64,000 nucleotides of DNA from an uncultured Solibacteraceae bacterium (GTDB lineage: Bacteria; Acidobacteriota; Holophagae; Holophagales; Holophagaceae): contig CAZPUI010000001.1 in NCBI GenBank assembly GCA_964589695.1, positions 29,866 to 93,865 on the forward strand, in the 5' to 3' direction. Shown here one piece after another: positions 1 to 8,099 of this stretch. Each line of letters begins with the position of its first letter. Position 1 is the stretch's first letter. A program made the translations under genes and the position numbers. Below the pieces are notes generated by a model. It worked only from the letters and a program-made list of their open reading frames with translations, did not search any database and was not told where the DNA came from.

Positions 1-1018
1 GCCCAGAAACGCCCGAACTGCCGCCCGCGTCCAAGGCCTCGGCCAGGGCATCGAACCCGGCCTGAGCCTCGCCAGGGCCCTCGGATGGGGCGTTCTCGGC
101 GCCACTTTCAGCTTCCACGGCCTGAGGGTTAGAGGAAGCCTGTCCCTTGGTGGCATCTTCCTGCGGGCCATTCCCAGCGGTCCCCTCACCCTCGGACCCA
201 TCCCCTTGCGCAGCATCGGATCCAGGGCTGGGAGGGCCTTCAGTAGGTTCATCCCCATCCTCGGAGGCGTTTCCCGAACCGTTGGAGCCAGAGGGCTCTG
301 GTCCCTCTTCCGGGCTCTCGGGGCCCTGGGTCTCGTCTTGGCCGTTGCCCTGTTCCTGCCCCTGTTCCTGTGCTTTCTCCCTGGCCCCCTTTCGCAGCTC
401 ATTCAGGATCGCGATGGCCATGCGTTCGACTGTGGCCGTATCCTTCGCACCCACTGCCGCATCGATCATCGGTTCGATCCGAGGCATCAGCTCCAGGATC
501 TGCTGCCCACCTTCAAAACCGCCGACCGGCGCCAGGTCCTCCTGGTAGGCCCGCAACTGGATCGCCGTCATGGCAGAGGCCAGCATCGACCGGGGCGGCT
601 CCTTCGCCCACGCTGCCCTGGCAATCTCCATGACGATCCGGTTCATTTCGGCGATGTTCTGTTCGGCCCCCTTGTAGCGCAGGCCCATGAGGATCTCGAT
701 CCGCACGTCCTCCAGGATGTTCGTCAATTCGTGCACCAGGGCATCCCGGGAGGTCGAAGCGTTCACGGTCGTATGGATCGCGTGGGCCATTTCGTGATCC
801 ATGAGTCCCCGCACCGCCGTCAGGGTGAATCCCTGTGGCATCCGCTCCTCGGTCGGCAACACGATCCGGCGACACGTACCAGTTGCCCGGTCGAATTCGG
901 CCATGCCGGTGCGCGCCTGGTTGCTCAAGGCCACCACATTCACCTTGCCGTCTGTCAGGACCGACGCAAGGCCTCCAAGCAGGTCTGCCCGTTGCGTGGA
1001 GTAGATGCTGCTGGCCAT
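1..1018 (-). CDS. HExxH-motif protein, N-terminal 339 codons only (the gene continues past the left window edge). Probably the partner of the upstream AAA+ ATPase; a CobT/VWA-metallopeptidase-like role is inference.
   Basis: Absent from the ORF track because no stop lies inside the window. Minus-strand ATG at 1018..1016, GGAGG at 1028..1024 (5-nt spacer). Hand translation MASSIYSTQRADLLGGLASVLTDGKVNVVALSNQ...RGLMDHEMAHAIHTT...NILEDVRIEILMGLRYKG... stays open down to nt 1. The last ~130 visible residues are acidic Gly/Glu/Pro/Ser low complexity. Confidence 0.6.
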   Translation of the reverse strand, partial: MASSIYSTQRADLLGGLASVLTDGKVNVVALSNQARTGMAEFDRATGTCRRIVLPTEERMPQGFTLTAVRGLMDHEMAHAIHTTVNASTSRDALVHELTNILEDVRIEILMGLRYKGAEQNIAEMNRIVMEIARAAWAKEPPRSMLASAMTAIQLRAYQEDLAPVGGFEGGQQILELMPRIEPMIDAAVGAKDTATVERMAIAILNELRKGAREKAQEQGQEQGNGQDETQGPESPEEGPEPSGSNGSGNASEDGDEPTEGPPSPGSDAAQGDGSEGEGTAGNGPQEDATKGQASSNPQAVEAESGAENAPSEGPGEAQAGFDALAEALDAGGSSGVSG

Positions 1019-1124
1019 GAAAGCCTCCGTGAGATCCAGCCTCATGCCTGCCATCTGGGTCAGGTGGTCTGAGACCGTTGTTCCTTGCAAACACCCAAGA
1101 AGGCCCTCTCGGGCCCCAGTGGGC

Positions 1125-2762
1125 TCAGTTCCCAACCTCGCGCTGCACCGCCTCCCAGAGGATCCGGTACTCGTCCCGGGAGAATTTCCCTTCGGCGGCA
1201 ATCTCGAAAGCGAACTCCCAATCCTTCTCCTTCAGGAAGGCCTCGGCAAAGTCGATGGCGCTGCGGGTGCCCCATACGCCCATCACCTTGTCCTGGGCGA
1301 TGAGCCCGCGGATGAGCACCGAAACCCGGGCCACCAATTCGGCAACAAGGCTATCGATGCCGCGCTGCACGAGGATCCCGGCCTCAGCATCCTGCCGCGG
1401 GTTCTCCACCTGGATCACGATGAACCGGTTGAGCATCGCGCAGTTCATGGCTTGGGTACCGTGATACTGCCCGTAGTCATCGTGCAGTCCCAGGCTGTTG
1501 GCCGTGGCATAGATCCGAAAGTCAGCGTGAGGCCTCAGCACTTCGCCATCGTGCTCCTTGATCACCAGGGCGCCTCCAGGCTCCAGGACCGGATGGAGGA
1601 GCGCCAGGAGGGCGGGGTCGCCCATGTCGAGTTCGTCAATGAGGAGGCCCAGTCCCTCTCGCATCGCCCTGGGCAAGGCCCCGTCCACCCACTTCATCCC
1701 GCCCCCGGCGATGACGTAGTGCCCGATCAGGTCTGACAGCCCGGTCTGGCCCGATACGTTGATGCGCAACATGCCTCGGTTGGTGGACGCGTGGAAATCC
1801 TCGGTCATGGTGCTCTTGCCGGTGCCGGAGGGGCCCACGAGGAGGACACCTCGGTTCGCCTCGAAGGCATATGCGAACTTGCGCGCATGCCTGGCATCCC
1901 AGCTGTGGGCCCGCTTGGTAGGCACCAGGGGATGGGAGGGCCCCGGGCGGTTAAACCTGGAGAACTCCCGGTGTAAGTGCGTCGGGATAACGGGAGCTGG
2001 GGTGCCGGCCGCGGCCACTTGGGATGCCTGGCCCTTCAAAGCCGCAACCTGCCGCTGTAGCCGTTCCTTGCTTTCGACGGCCTCCAAGGCCCGAACCGCA
2101 GCCTCCCCATGAAGTTCCGCCACCCGGATCTGGTGCTTGCAGTCCCCGCTCCTCTCGGCAGCCTGGCAGTTACAGGCGGGGGGATTGAGCCGAACGCTGT
2201 AGGAGTTGGAACTGTTCACGCTCCTGACGCTGAAGATCCCAGCCTGAGCGGTCGGCTGAATGTTCGACGGAGGAATTTCCTGAACCCGCGAATGCACTGC
2301 AGGGAAATTGCCCGGTCGAAGGCGCTCGACCTCACCCCGAAGGCCGATGGAATCCAGCGGCTGGGCTTCGGGAAGGGGCCCAGGTGCGAACGGTGTGGCA
2401 ACTGGTGGCGCTGGAGCAGGGGTAGTCGCCGCTGGCTTGGGTCCTGCCTTTGGCGGGGGGGTGTTGGCAGGGACGGCGGCTGCAATAGCCCAATCAGGGG
2501 TGAGGGGGAGCCGCATGTTCCGCTCGTCCGCGGTCAGGCCGATGGTGTCTGTCTTGTCCCGGTAGCCTTCCGCTCGCTTCTTTGCGGCTGTCAGAAAGGC
2601 CTTGGCCTGGGGAACCTCCTTCGGCGTAAGGTTGGCCCCACGACGCCCCCAGAGCGTGAAGGTGAGCACGATGCCGGCCTCTTCCAGGACTTCAACGATG
2701 TAGATCGCGTCTCGTCCCTGGTTGTGGTGCAACACCACGCGTTCTTTCACGATTGCGGCCAT
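1125..2762 (-). CDS. WGR domain - SWIM zinc finger - AAA+ (AAA_5 / CobS / MoxR-like) ATPase fusion protein
   Basis: 545-aa ORF. N-terminus has ...LTFTLWGRRGANL... (WGR signature). YSVRLNPPACNCQAAERSGDCKH fits the SWIM pattern CxCx9CxH. Walker A is LLVGPSGTGKST and Walker B is LLIDELD, with ATANS downstream. ATG 2762 is preceded by GAGGTGA. Confidence 0.8.
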   Translation of the reverse strand: MAAIVKERVVLHHNQGRDAIYIVEVLEEAGIVLTFTLWGRRGANLTPKEVPQAKAFLTAAKKRAEGYRDKTDTIGLTADERNMRLPLTPDWAIAAAVPANTPPPKAGPKPAATTPAPAPPVATPFAPGPLPEAQPLDSIGLRGEVERLRPGNFPAVHSRVQEIPPSNIQPTAQAGIFSVRSVNSSNSYSVRLNPPACNCQAAERSGDCKHQIRVAELHGEAAVRALEAVESKERLQRQVAALKGQASQVAAAGTPAPVIPTHLHREFSRFNRPGPSHPLVPTKRAHSWDARHARKFAYAFEANRGVLLVGPSGTGKSTMTEDFHASTNRGMLRINVSGQTGLSDLIGHYVIAGGGMKWVDGALPRAMREGLGLLIDELDMGDPALLALLHPVLEPGGALVIKEHDGEVLRPHADFRIYATANSLGLHDDYGQYHGTQAMNCAMLNRFIVIQVENPRQDAEAGILVQRGIDSLVAELVARVSVLIRGLIAQDKVMGVWGTRSAIDFAEAFLKEKDWEFAFEIAAEGKFSRDEYRILWEAVQREVGN

Positions 2763-2830
2763 GGATCACCTCGATGGGTGACCAGGATCCGGTGGGGCAT
2801 TTCCTAATCTGTTTCTGAGACAGATACAAT

Positions 2831-3553
2831 GTGAGATTTGGTATTTCCAAATATTGGCCACCAGGAGGAAGTGTGACAAAGGCGGAGCTGGTTAAGGCCA
2901 TCCAAATACTTGAGAATATTGAACATCTCTCTGTAGATCAAGCCGATGCTATTGCTGCCTTAAAAGAGCATCTTGATAAAGGAGACTCGCATGGTCAAAA
3001 ACCCGACGTCGCTCAAATCATCAACGGAATTACACATATATGCTACGAATACTCAATGTTTGTAAACGCTTGGATATGGCATTCGCGTTTTTTCGTTTAC
3101 TGCAAGCCAAAATCTGAAATCCAATTTTCACCAGAATGGTTTAATTCAAATGTGTTTTTCGAATGCCTACTTATTCATATGCGAAATGTGAATGAATTTT
3201 TCCGAAACCCTCATTACGGCATCTTTACTGGTGCAAGACATGGAAACACACTAAAGGCAATAGACTATAATCCAAATTTTAGGCTTTCCAATGCAGAGCA
3301 GAGTTATTTGATTGAAACATCTACCCGTTTAAATACATATCTCTGTCATCCATCAGCAAGCAGAGTATCCGGCAAACAATATGACTGGAAAAAGCTGGCC
3401 ATTAAATTGTTGAAATTATGGCAAAAATTTAAAACAGGGATTAGAGAAGAGTACCGCGAATATTTTGATTGTGCTGAATTCGAGATTGATGATCCATCTG
3501 CGTTGTTTAAAGATTTCTTTCAAGCAATTGACTCGGAACGGCTGCAACCTTAA
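2831..3553 (+). CDS. Hypothetical protein in an AT-rich islet (no recognisable domain)
   Basis: 240-aa ORF in a visibly AT-richer segment. Codon usage is unlike its neighbours. The likelier start is GTG 2873, just after AGGAGG (2863..2868). The 3' end overlaps the convergent acyltransferase gene by 47 nt. Confidence 0.6.
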   Translation: MRFGISKYWPPGGSVTKAELVKAIQILENIEHLSVDQADAIAALKEHLDKGDSHGQKPDVAQIINGITHICYEYSMFVNAWIWHSRFFVYCKPKSEIQFSPEWFNSNVFFECLLIHMRNVNEFFRNPHYGIFTGARHGNTLKAIDYNPNFRLSNAEQSYLIETSTRLNTYLCHPSASRVSGKQYDWKKLAIKLLKLWQKFKTGIREEYREYFDCAEFEIDDPSALFKDFFQAIDSERLQP

Positions 3554-4664
3554 CACTCCTATTCCTCCACGCAAACAACGCAATCCCAGGTACCTCCACA
3601 AACCGGTAGAGCATCGACCCCAGGACCAGCGTCATCCCCACATAGACCGCCATGACGACCAGCGCTGGCCCCGGCATTAATCGAGCCGTAGGCACCGACA
3701 ACACCAATCCCAGGCTGAGCAGGGCCTGCGCGAGGTAGAGGCTGTAGATGCGATCCGACAGCCACCTGACCACACTGAAGACCACCGACGGCAGACCCCT
3801 CCTCATTGAGGCAAAGCTGACCAGCATGAACCCACAGCAAGCCGCATTTAGACTGAACCCGATCAGCACCAGGGGCAGCGGGCGGGGCATCCAGGTTCGC
3901 CATGGCGCAAGGGCGGCATAGAGGCCGATGAAAGCGGCCACGGCCAGGATCGGAGTGAAGGTCGGGAGCATGAAGGAACGACCGCCAAGCGCACTGCGCC
4001 GCACATCCCAGTGCAGGGCAAGCCAGAGACCGAGCAGCATCCCTTCGCAGTGGGCGAAGGTATTCAGGTAGACGACAGCGCCGAACGATTCGTTCAGCGA
4101 AGTCTTGGCCAAGTCCTGGAGCTGGGTCGCAACGATTTCTGGGTGTGCGATGGCAAGCCCTGCCCTGACGGCCAGGGGGATCCCGAAGACCGCAGCGAGT
4201 CCCCACCATGGGTGCTTGCGCGTCCGCAGAGCCACTGCCCCCAGCACCGGGATAAGCAGGTAGAACTGCGCCTCCGCTGAAATGGACCAGAGGGGCCCTA
4301 CCAGAGGAGCTTTCCAGTTCGCCTGGAAGAACAAGTACCCGGGGAGCTCTTCCAGGAAGCGGTGCCACAAAGCGCCACCGATGGGTCCGAGCAGGAGGCC
4401 AGCCAGTACAAGCGCAGCGAGGTAGGCAGGGACGAGGCGACCGGCCCGCTTCAGAAAGAACTGCGTGAGGGATCCTCCCGTCTCCTTGAGGCGGAGATAC
4501 CCGCTTCCCACCAGGAAGCCCGAGAGCACAAAGAACAGATCCACTCCCATCCACCCGGCACCGCCGATCACGCCGACAAAACGGTTGTCGGCGAGGCCGT
4601 GGTACAGGATCACCAGGCTGACCGCCCCGGCCCTCAGGATGTCGATTCCGGGATTGCGGTCCAT
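3507..4664 (-). CDS. Acyltransferase family 3 (OafA/YrhL-like) integral membrane O-acyltransferase
   Basis: The N-terminus MDRNPGIDILRAGAVSLVILYHG... is typical of Acyl_transf_3. About ten hydrophobic segments run through the 385 aa. AGGAGG lies 7 nt upstream of ATG 4664. Confidence 0.8.
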   Translation of the reverse strand: MDRNPGIDILRAGAVSLVILYHGLADNRFVGVIGGAGWMGVDLFFVLSGFLVGSGYLRLKETGGSLTQFFLKRAGRLVPAYLAALVLAGLLLGPIGGALWHRFLEELPGYLFFQANWKAPLVGPLWSISAEAQFYLLIPVLGAVALRTRKHPWWGLAAVFGIPLAVRAGLAIAHPEIVATQLQDLAKTSLNESFGAVVYLNTFAHCEGMLLGLWLALHWDVRRSALGGRSFMLPTFTPILAVAAFIGLYAALAPWRTWMPRPLPLVLIGFSLNAACCGFMLVSFASMRRGLPSVVFSVVRWLSDRIYSLYLAQALLSLGLVLSVPTARLMPGPALVVMAVYVGMTLVLGSMLYRFVEVPGIALFAWRNRSVKVAAVPSQLLERNL

Positions 4665-4695
4665 GGCAAGCCTCCTGGGATCGATCTTGCGGGCG

Positions 4696-4708
4696 GCGGA
4701 TTTTCCGC
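4696..4708 (-). promoter_or_regulatory. Element-wide upstream motif, copy 1 (sense GCGGAAAATCCGC, perfect palindrome)
   Basis: Plus strand reads GCGGATTTTCCGC. It lies 32 nt upstream of the acyltransferase ATG (4664), in the 47-nt gap after the Gly-rich operon. Confidence 0.7.
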
Positions 4709-4711
4709 CTC

Positions 4712-5080
4712 CTACTCGGAGCCAGCGAGCTTCCCAGCCAGAATCGCCTTCTGGATCACACCGGTTGCCCCGGCGCCCTCAAGCTTTCCGAGGGCTCCAG
4801 CGGCGGCGCCCAACTTCCCGAACTTTCCAAGGACAGGTATCGCGCCGACCCCCTTCTCGGCAGCGTCCTGCAGCGCCCCGTCAACTCCTCTGGACGCGTC
4901 AATCAGATGGATCCCTGCACCCACGGCAGACCCGATTCCCGTCGGATCCACCAGGCCAGCCTTGTTGACGAGGCCTTGCTGATCACTGGAGAGCAGCGGC
5001 TTAACGCCTGATTTGGCAGGCTCAGGCGATGGCAACGGACTGGGATCATTTTGCAGGCGCATTGACAAATCCTTTCCCAA
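4712..5080 (-). CDS. Gly/Ala-rich small protein (third gene of the Gly-rich trio)
   Basis: 122 aa. The Pro/Ser-rich N-terminus is followed by GxxxG/AxxxG-type repeats (GIGSAVGAGI, GKLGAAAGALGKLEGAGATG). Same strand as 5046..5654 and overlapping it. No signal peptide. Confidence 0.55.
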   Translation of the reverse strand: MGKDLSMRLQNDPSPLPSPEPAKSGVKPLLSSDQQGLVNKAGLVDPTGIGSAVGAGIHLIDASRGVDGALQDAAEKGVGAIPVLGKFGKLGAAAGALGKLEGAGATGVIQKAILAGKLAGSE

Positions 5081-5654
5081 ATTTCATCAGGCCCCAGAGG
5101 GCGGCCCCCGTGGCCACGGTCCCCCCCATGCCCAGGTTGAACCCGACCTTGTTAGCCACCACCCTCGCCAGAAGCGCTGCGCCGATGGACACAATTTCCG
5201 GGTTGTTCATCAAATGGAACTTAAGGCGGTCCATGAATCCACTTCCCGCCGGATAGCCATCGGGCCCCGCCTTCCCAGGGTCAGCTGGTTGGTCAGGTTC
5301 AACCCCCTTGCTGACAGAAGTGGGTTCAGGAGCGAAAGCCCTGGCGCGTTGGGGCCCGGGTGAGGCGACATCGACAGAACGGGAGGCTTCCGCCCCCACC
5401 GCGGGGCCGTCCTTCACCTCCAGGGCTGGTACTGCCTTGAAATCGGATCGGCCTTCGACCAGATCCTTGGATGACACGACGCCCCAGCTCTTTTCCATTG
5501 CCGCAGGAAACGGGAATCCTCCGCTCGGAGTCGTTTCGCCCTTGGCAAGAAGAGACGGGGGTTCTGGGGTTGCACCCATCGGAGCTGGCCCAGGAGCTGG
5601 CCCAGGCAAGGGTGCAATCGAGACGTCAGGGGAAGCCAGGCCAGGACACATCAC
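5046..5654 (-). CDS. Pro/Gly-rich protein with a C-terminal glycine-zipper-like hydrophobic tail
   Basis: 202 aa. The start overlaps the upstream stop as ATGA (5654/5651). The disordered-looking Pro/Gly/Ala N-terminal two thirds are followed by GFMDRLKFHLMNNPEIVSIGAALLARVVANKVGFNLGMGGTVATGAALWGL. This tail resembles the one in 5651..6337. Confidence 0.6.
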   Translation of the reverse strand: MMCPGLASPDVSIAPLPGPAPGPAPMGATPEPPSLLAKGETTPSGGFPFPAAMEKSWGVVSSKDLVEGRSDFKAVPALEVKDGPAVGAEASRSVDVASPGPQRARAFAPEPTSVSKGVEPDQPADPGKAGPDGYPAGSGFMDRLKFHLMNNPEIVSIGAALLARVVANKVGFNLGMGGTVATGAALWGLMKFGKGFVNAPAK

Positions 5655-6337
5655 TTGCCTTCCGTGGGCGGGGCTGGGGCTTGGGCACTCGCTCCCGATT
5701 TGCCGCCGAATACCATCTTGGCGGCGAGGCCAGCTGCTGCAGCGACGGCTCCGGAGAGGGCCAGGGACATCCCATTCGCAAGCAGTCCTCCGCCAGGCAC
5801 CACCGCCTTGAAGATCTTCGTACCAATTGAGCTCTCAGAACTGGCGCTCATCGCCAGCATCCCGATGCCCGCTGCAATGGCGGCCGTTTTCCCGGGATTA
5901 GCCTTCACCCAATCGATGGCTGTATCCAACATGCCCTTGTCTCCAGCAGCGGCAGGCCCTGGCACTCCCTCCTGCAGGACGCTGGTCTTCAGGGCGGCCC
6001 CTTCCGTACCGGGTGCCTTAATCGGATTCACGTCCTGGGTCACCGCCATCGAACGGTCAACATCCTGGCCTCTGTCATGGCCTGAAACCGCTCGACCAGC
6101 AGCCTGGAAGTCATTCCCCGGATTCGAGAGCCCAACCTTCCCGGCCTGGGCAACCCCGCCTCCAGTCCCCTGTTGGACGATCGATCGGAAATCGAAGGGT
6201 TCGCGCTGGGGCTGAGCCCCACCCTCTCCTCCCAACAGGGACAAGCCCATGGTAGAGCCAGAGTTGGGTTGGGCTGCCGGTTCAAGGCTTGCAGCCAAAC
6301 CTGGTGAGATTTCCTGACCCATCGATGGACCCGGCAT
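5651..6337 (-). CDS. Gly/Ala-rich protein with a C-terminal glycine-zipper-like hydrophobic tail
   Basis: 228 aa. AAGGAGG lies 7 nt upstream of ATG 6337. The N-terminus looks disordered and has no signal peptide. The tail is GMLDTAIDWVKANPGKTAAIAAGIGMLAMS...GGGLLANGMSLALSGAVAAAAGLAAKMVFGG. Confidence 0.65.
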   Translation of the reverse strand: MPGPSMGQEISPGLAASLEPAAQPNSGSTMGLSLLGGEGGAQPQREPFDFRSIVQQGTGGGVAQAGKVGLSNPGNDFQAAGRAVSGHDRGQDVDRSMAVTQDVNPIKAPGTEGAALKTSVLQEGVPGPAAAGDKGMLDTAIDWVKANPGKTAAIAAGIGMLAMSASSESSIGTKIFKAVVPGGGLLANGMSLALSGAVAAAAGLAAKMVFGGKSGASAQAPAPPTEGK

Positions 6338-6370
6338 AGAGACCTCCTTTGTCCGTCCAAGATCACTTGT

Positions 6371-6383
6371 GCGGATTTTTCGG
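6371..6383 (-). promoter_or_regulatory. Element-wide upstream motif, copy 2 (sense CCGAAAAATCCGC, one extra A)
   Basis: 34 nt upstream of ATG 6337, in the 112-nt intergenic gap. Confidence 0.6.
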
Positions 6384-6449
6384 GACGGGAATTCGTTGCA
6401 CTGATTGGCTTTCAGCCAGTTTCAGCCGCCAAACCCGCGAAAAGCGCAG

Positions 6450-7529
6450 TCAGCAGAGGTCTGCAGCCACCGTGCTCATCAGCCGACCGCATACCGGGGT
6501 GATCGCAGGGCTCATCAGCGCGTCTGCGAAGACCTCACCTGGGACAGGCACAACTTCGTCCAGGCCGTGGGTGAGTTCGGCCACGGCGCTCTGTAGGGCC
6601 TCCATGCGCCCGGTACCGAACAGCTCGGCGGGGAGCGCCTCCGGTCTCCAGCCGGTCACGGTGTAGACATCCTTCAGGAAGGCGGCCTGATCCGGGACTC
6701 TCGCAATGACTGAGTTCACCGGGCCCTGCTCTACGGCAGCCACCTGAACCCGCCGTGCCGTCCGGTGGATGATGCCACTGATGAGGCGAGGAAGCCCCAG
6801 CGGTGACAACACAAACACACCAGGCCCCCACTTTCCCAGCGGGGGAGCCTCTTTCCGCTCGCCCAGGATCTCGATGTAGGCGCCCTCGGCAATGGCCTGG
6901 CTGAGGTCAAAGGCACCGTCGGCACCCGTGGGATAGAGAGCGATCTCCACCTTTGGAAATTCGGCTCGGGCTCTCTGCAACGGATCCTCGATGGGCGGGA
7001 AAGGACCGAAGGGCGACACAAATGCCTCCCAGTCGGCGCTGTAGACCGCGATATGCCAGGACCCCTGTTGGATGGCGAGCAGGGTGTCGTTCCACCAGGT
7101 CTCTGGGTTCCTGGCGGAGCTCCCCACACCAAGAACCGGTTCGTAGGCGAGCGTGAGTTCCCCCTCCGGGAGTTCGGCCCGGTCCACCTTGGCCTGCTCC
7201 AGCTGCGCGGCGACCGACATGCAGCTGCGCCAGATTCGGATCCATTGCCCGTTGGCAAGCCGCGGTGCATGGAGGACGTAGTGTTCAGGCGGGGCAACCC
7301 AGCCCGAGAACCAGGTCTGCAGCTTGGTCTTGAGGGTGCCGTCGAAGAGTCCGCACCCGTACCGGTCCCGCCATTCAGCCAGGTCTGGATCGAGGCAGTC
7401 AGCGATGGTATCCCATCCGACAAGGCCACCTGCAATGGCTCGCAGTTCCTCGTCCTGGAGGTACTGCGGGGCCAGTGGCAGCAGGCACGAAGAGGCAGCG
7501 ATCGAGGCGTAGGTTGTTCTGCGATCCAT
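6450..7529 (-). CDS. Hypothetical protein (359 aa)
   Basis: Long ORF with protein-like composition. GGAAAGGG lies upstream of ATG 7529, and the upstream motif precedes it. No domain recognised. Confidence 0.6.
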   Translation of the reverse strand: MDRRTTYASIAASSCLLPLAPQYLQDEELRAIAGGLVGWDTIADCLDPDLAEWRDRYGCGLFDGTLKTKLQTWFSGWVAPPEHYVLHAPRLANGQWIRIWRSCMSVAAQLEQAKVDRAELPEGELTLAYEPVLGVGSSARNPETWWNDTLLAIQQGSWHIAVYSADWEAFVSPFGPFPPIEDPLQRARAEFPKVEIALYPTGADGAFDLSQAIAEGAYIEILGERKEAPPLGKWGPGVFVLSPLGLPRLISGIIHRTARRVQVAAVEQGPVNSVIARVPDQAAFLKDVYTVTGWRPEALPAELFGTGRMEALQSAVAELTHGLDEVVPVPGEVFADALMSPAITPVCGRLMSTVAADLC

Positions 7530-7562
7530 GGGGCATCCCTTTCCAAGCTGATTCTTGGAGCG

Positions 7563-7575
7563 GCGGGTTTTCCGC
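7563..7575 (-). promoter_or_regulatory. Element-wide upstream motif, copy 3 (sense GCGGAAAACCCGC, one substitution)
   Basis: 34 nt upstream of ATG 7529. It lies in a divergent intergenic region shared with the + gene at 7645. Confidence 0.55.
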
Positions 7576-7644
7576 TACCGGGAATTTGTGGACTCGTATC
7601 TGAGAGGATGAAGGCCTGGCAACACCTTCCTGGACAATCCCGCC

Positions 7645-8064
7645 ATGCCAAAACTCCCGACTCCCGACCCATGGTTTGAGCACGCCACCGAGCAGATCAC
7701 CCGGCTTGCTCCGGAATTCATCCACACCGAGCTCTGGGAAGAACTGGACCACGAAGGTGGCTCCTTCCCCCCCAACTTCGGTGTCCTCAGGTATGACGAG
7801 GGCGAGGAATGGCCTCGGCTGATCGGCTTCCTCTACGGGATCGCCGAGATCCAGGAGATGGTCTACGGATATTTCGTGGAAATCGACGATCAGCTGAGCT
7901 CTGAGCCCAAGGCTTCCCGCTACCGCAAGGAGCGGCTATTCCGCATTCCTGGCACTGATCCGGTCCGAGTGATCGATCCTCTCCAAGAGGCCGCGAACGA
8001 GTGGCACACCTTCGTGCCGTCAGATCCCCCTCGACCGGGGTTCAAGATCAACTTGGACATCTGA
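7645..8064 (+). CDS. Hypothetical protein (139 aa)
   Basis: ORF with plausible composition but a weak RBS. No domain recognised. Confidence 0.45.
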   Translation: MPKLPTPDPWFEHATEQITRLAPEFIHTELWEELDHEGGSFPPNFGVLRYDEGEEWPRLIGFLYGIAEIQEMVYGYFVEIDDQLSSEPKASRYRKERLFRIPGTDPVRVIDPLQEAANEWHTFVPSDPPRPGFKINLDI

Positions 8065-8099
8065 CAAGAGTGGGCCTCAAGGCCTTGAATCTACGCTGA

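Noticed and set aside
4696-4708. The idea that the motif acts as an RNA hairpin (GCGGA-AAA-UCCGC) in 5' UTRs.
   Set aside because: Only three of the ten copies can form the 5-bp stem. The left arm is not conserved (CCAGA, CCGAA), and there are no compensatory changes. Conservation of one half-site argues for a DNA-level signal.
4709-4750. A search for a conserved sigma70-type -35 hexamer 17 bp upstream of the GAAAAT part of the motif.
   Set aside because: In the copies I inspected by eye (4696, 6371) the sequences at that distance do not resemble TTGACA or each other. I therefore do not call these standard sigma70 promoters.
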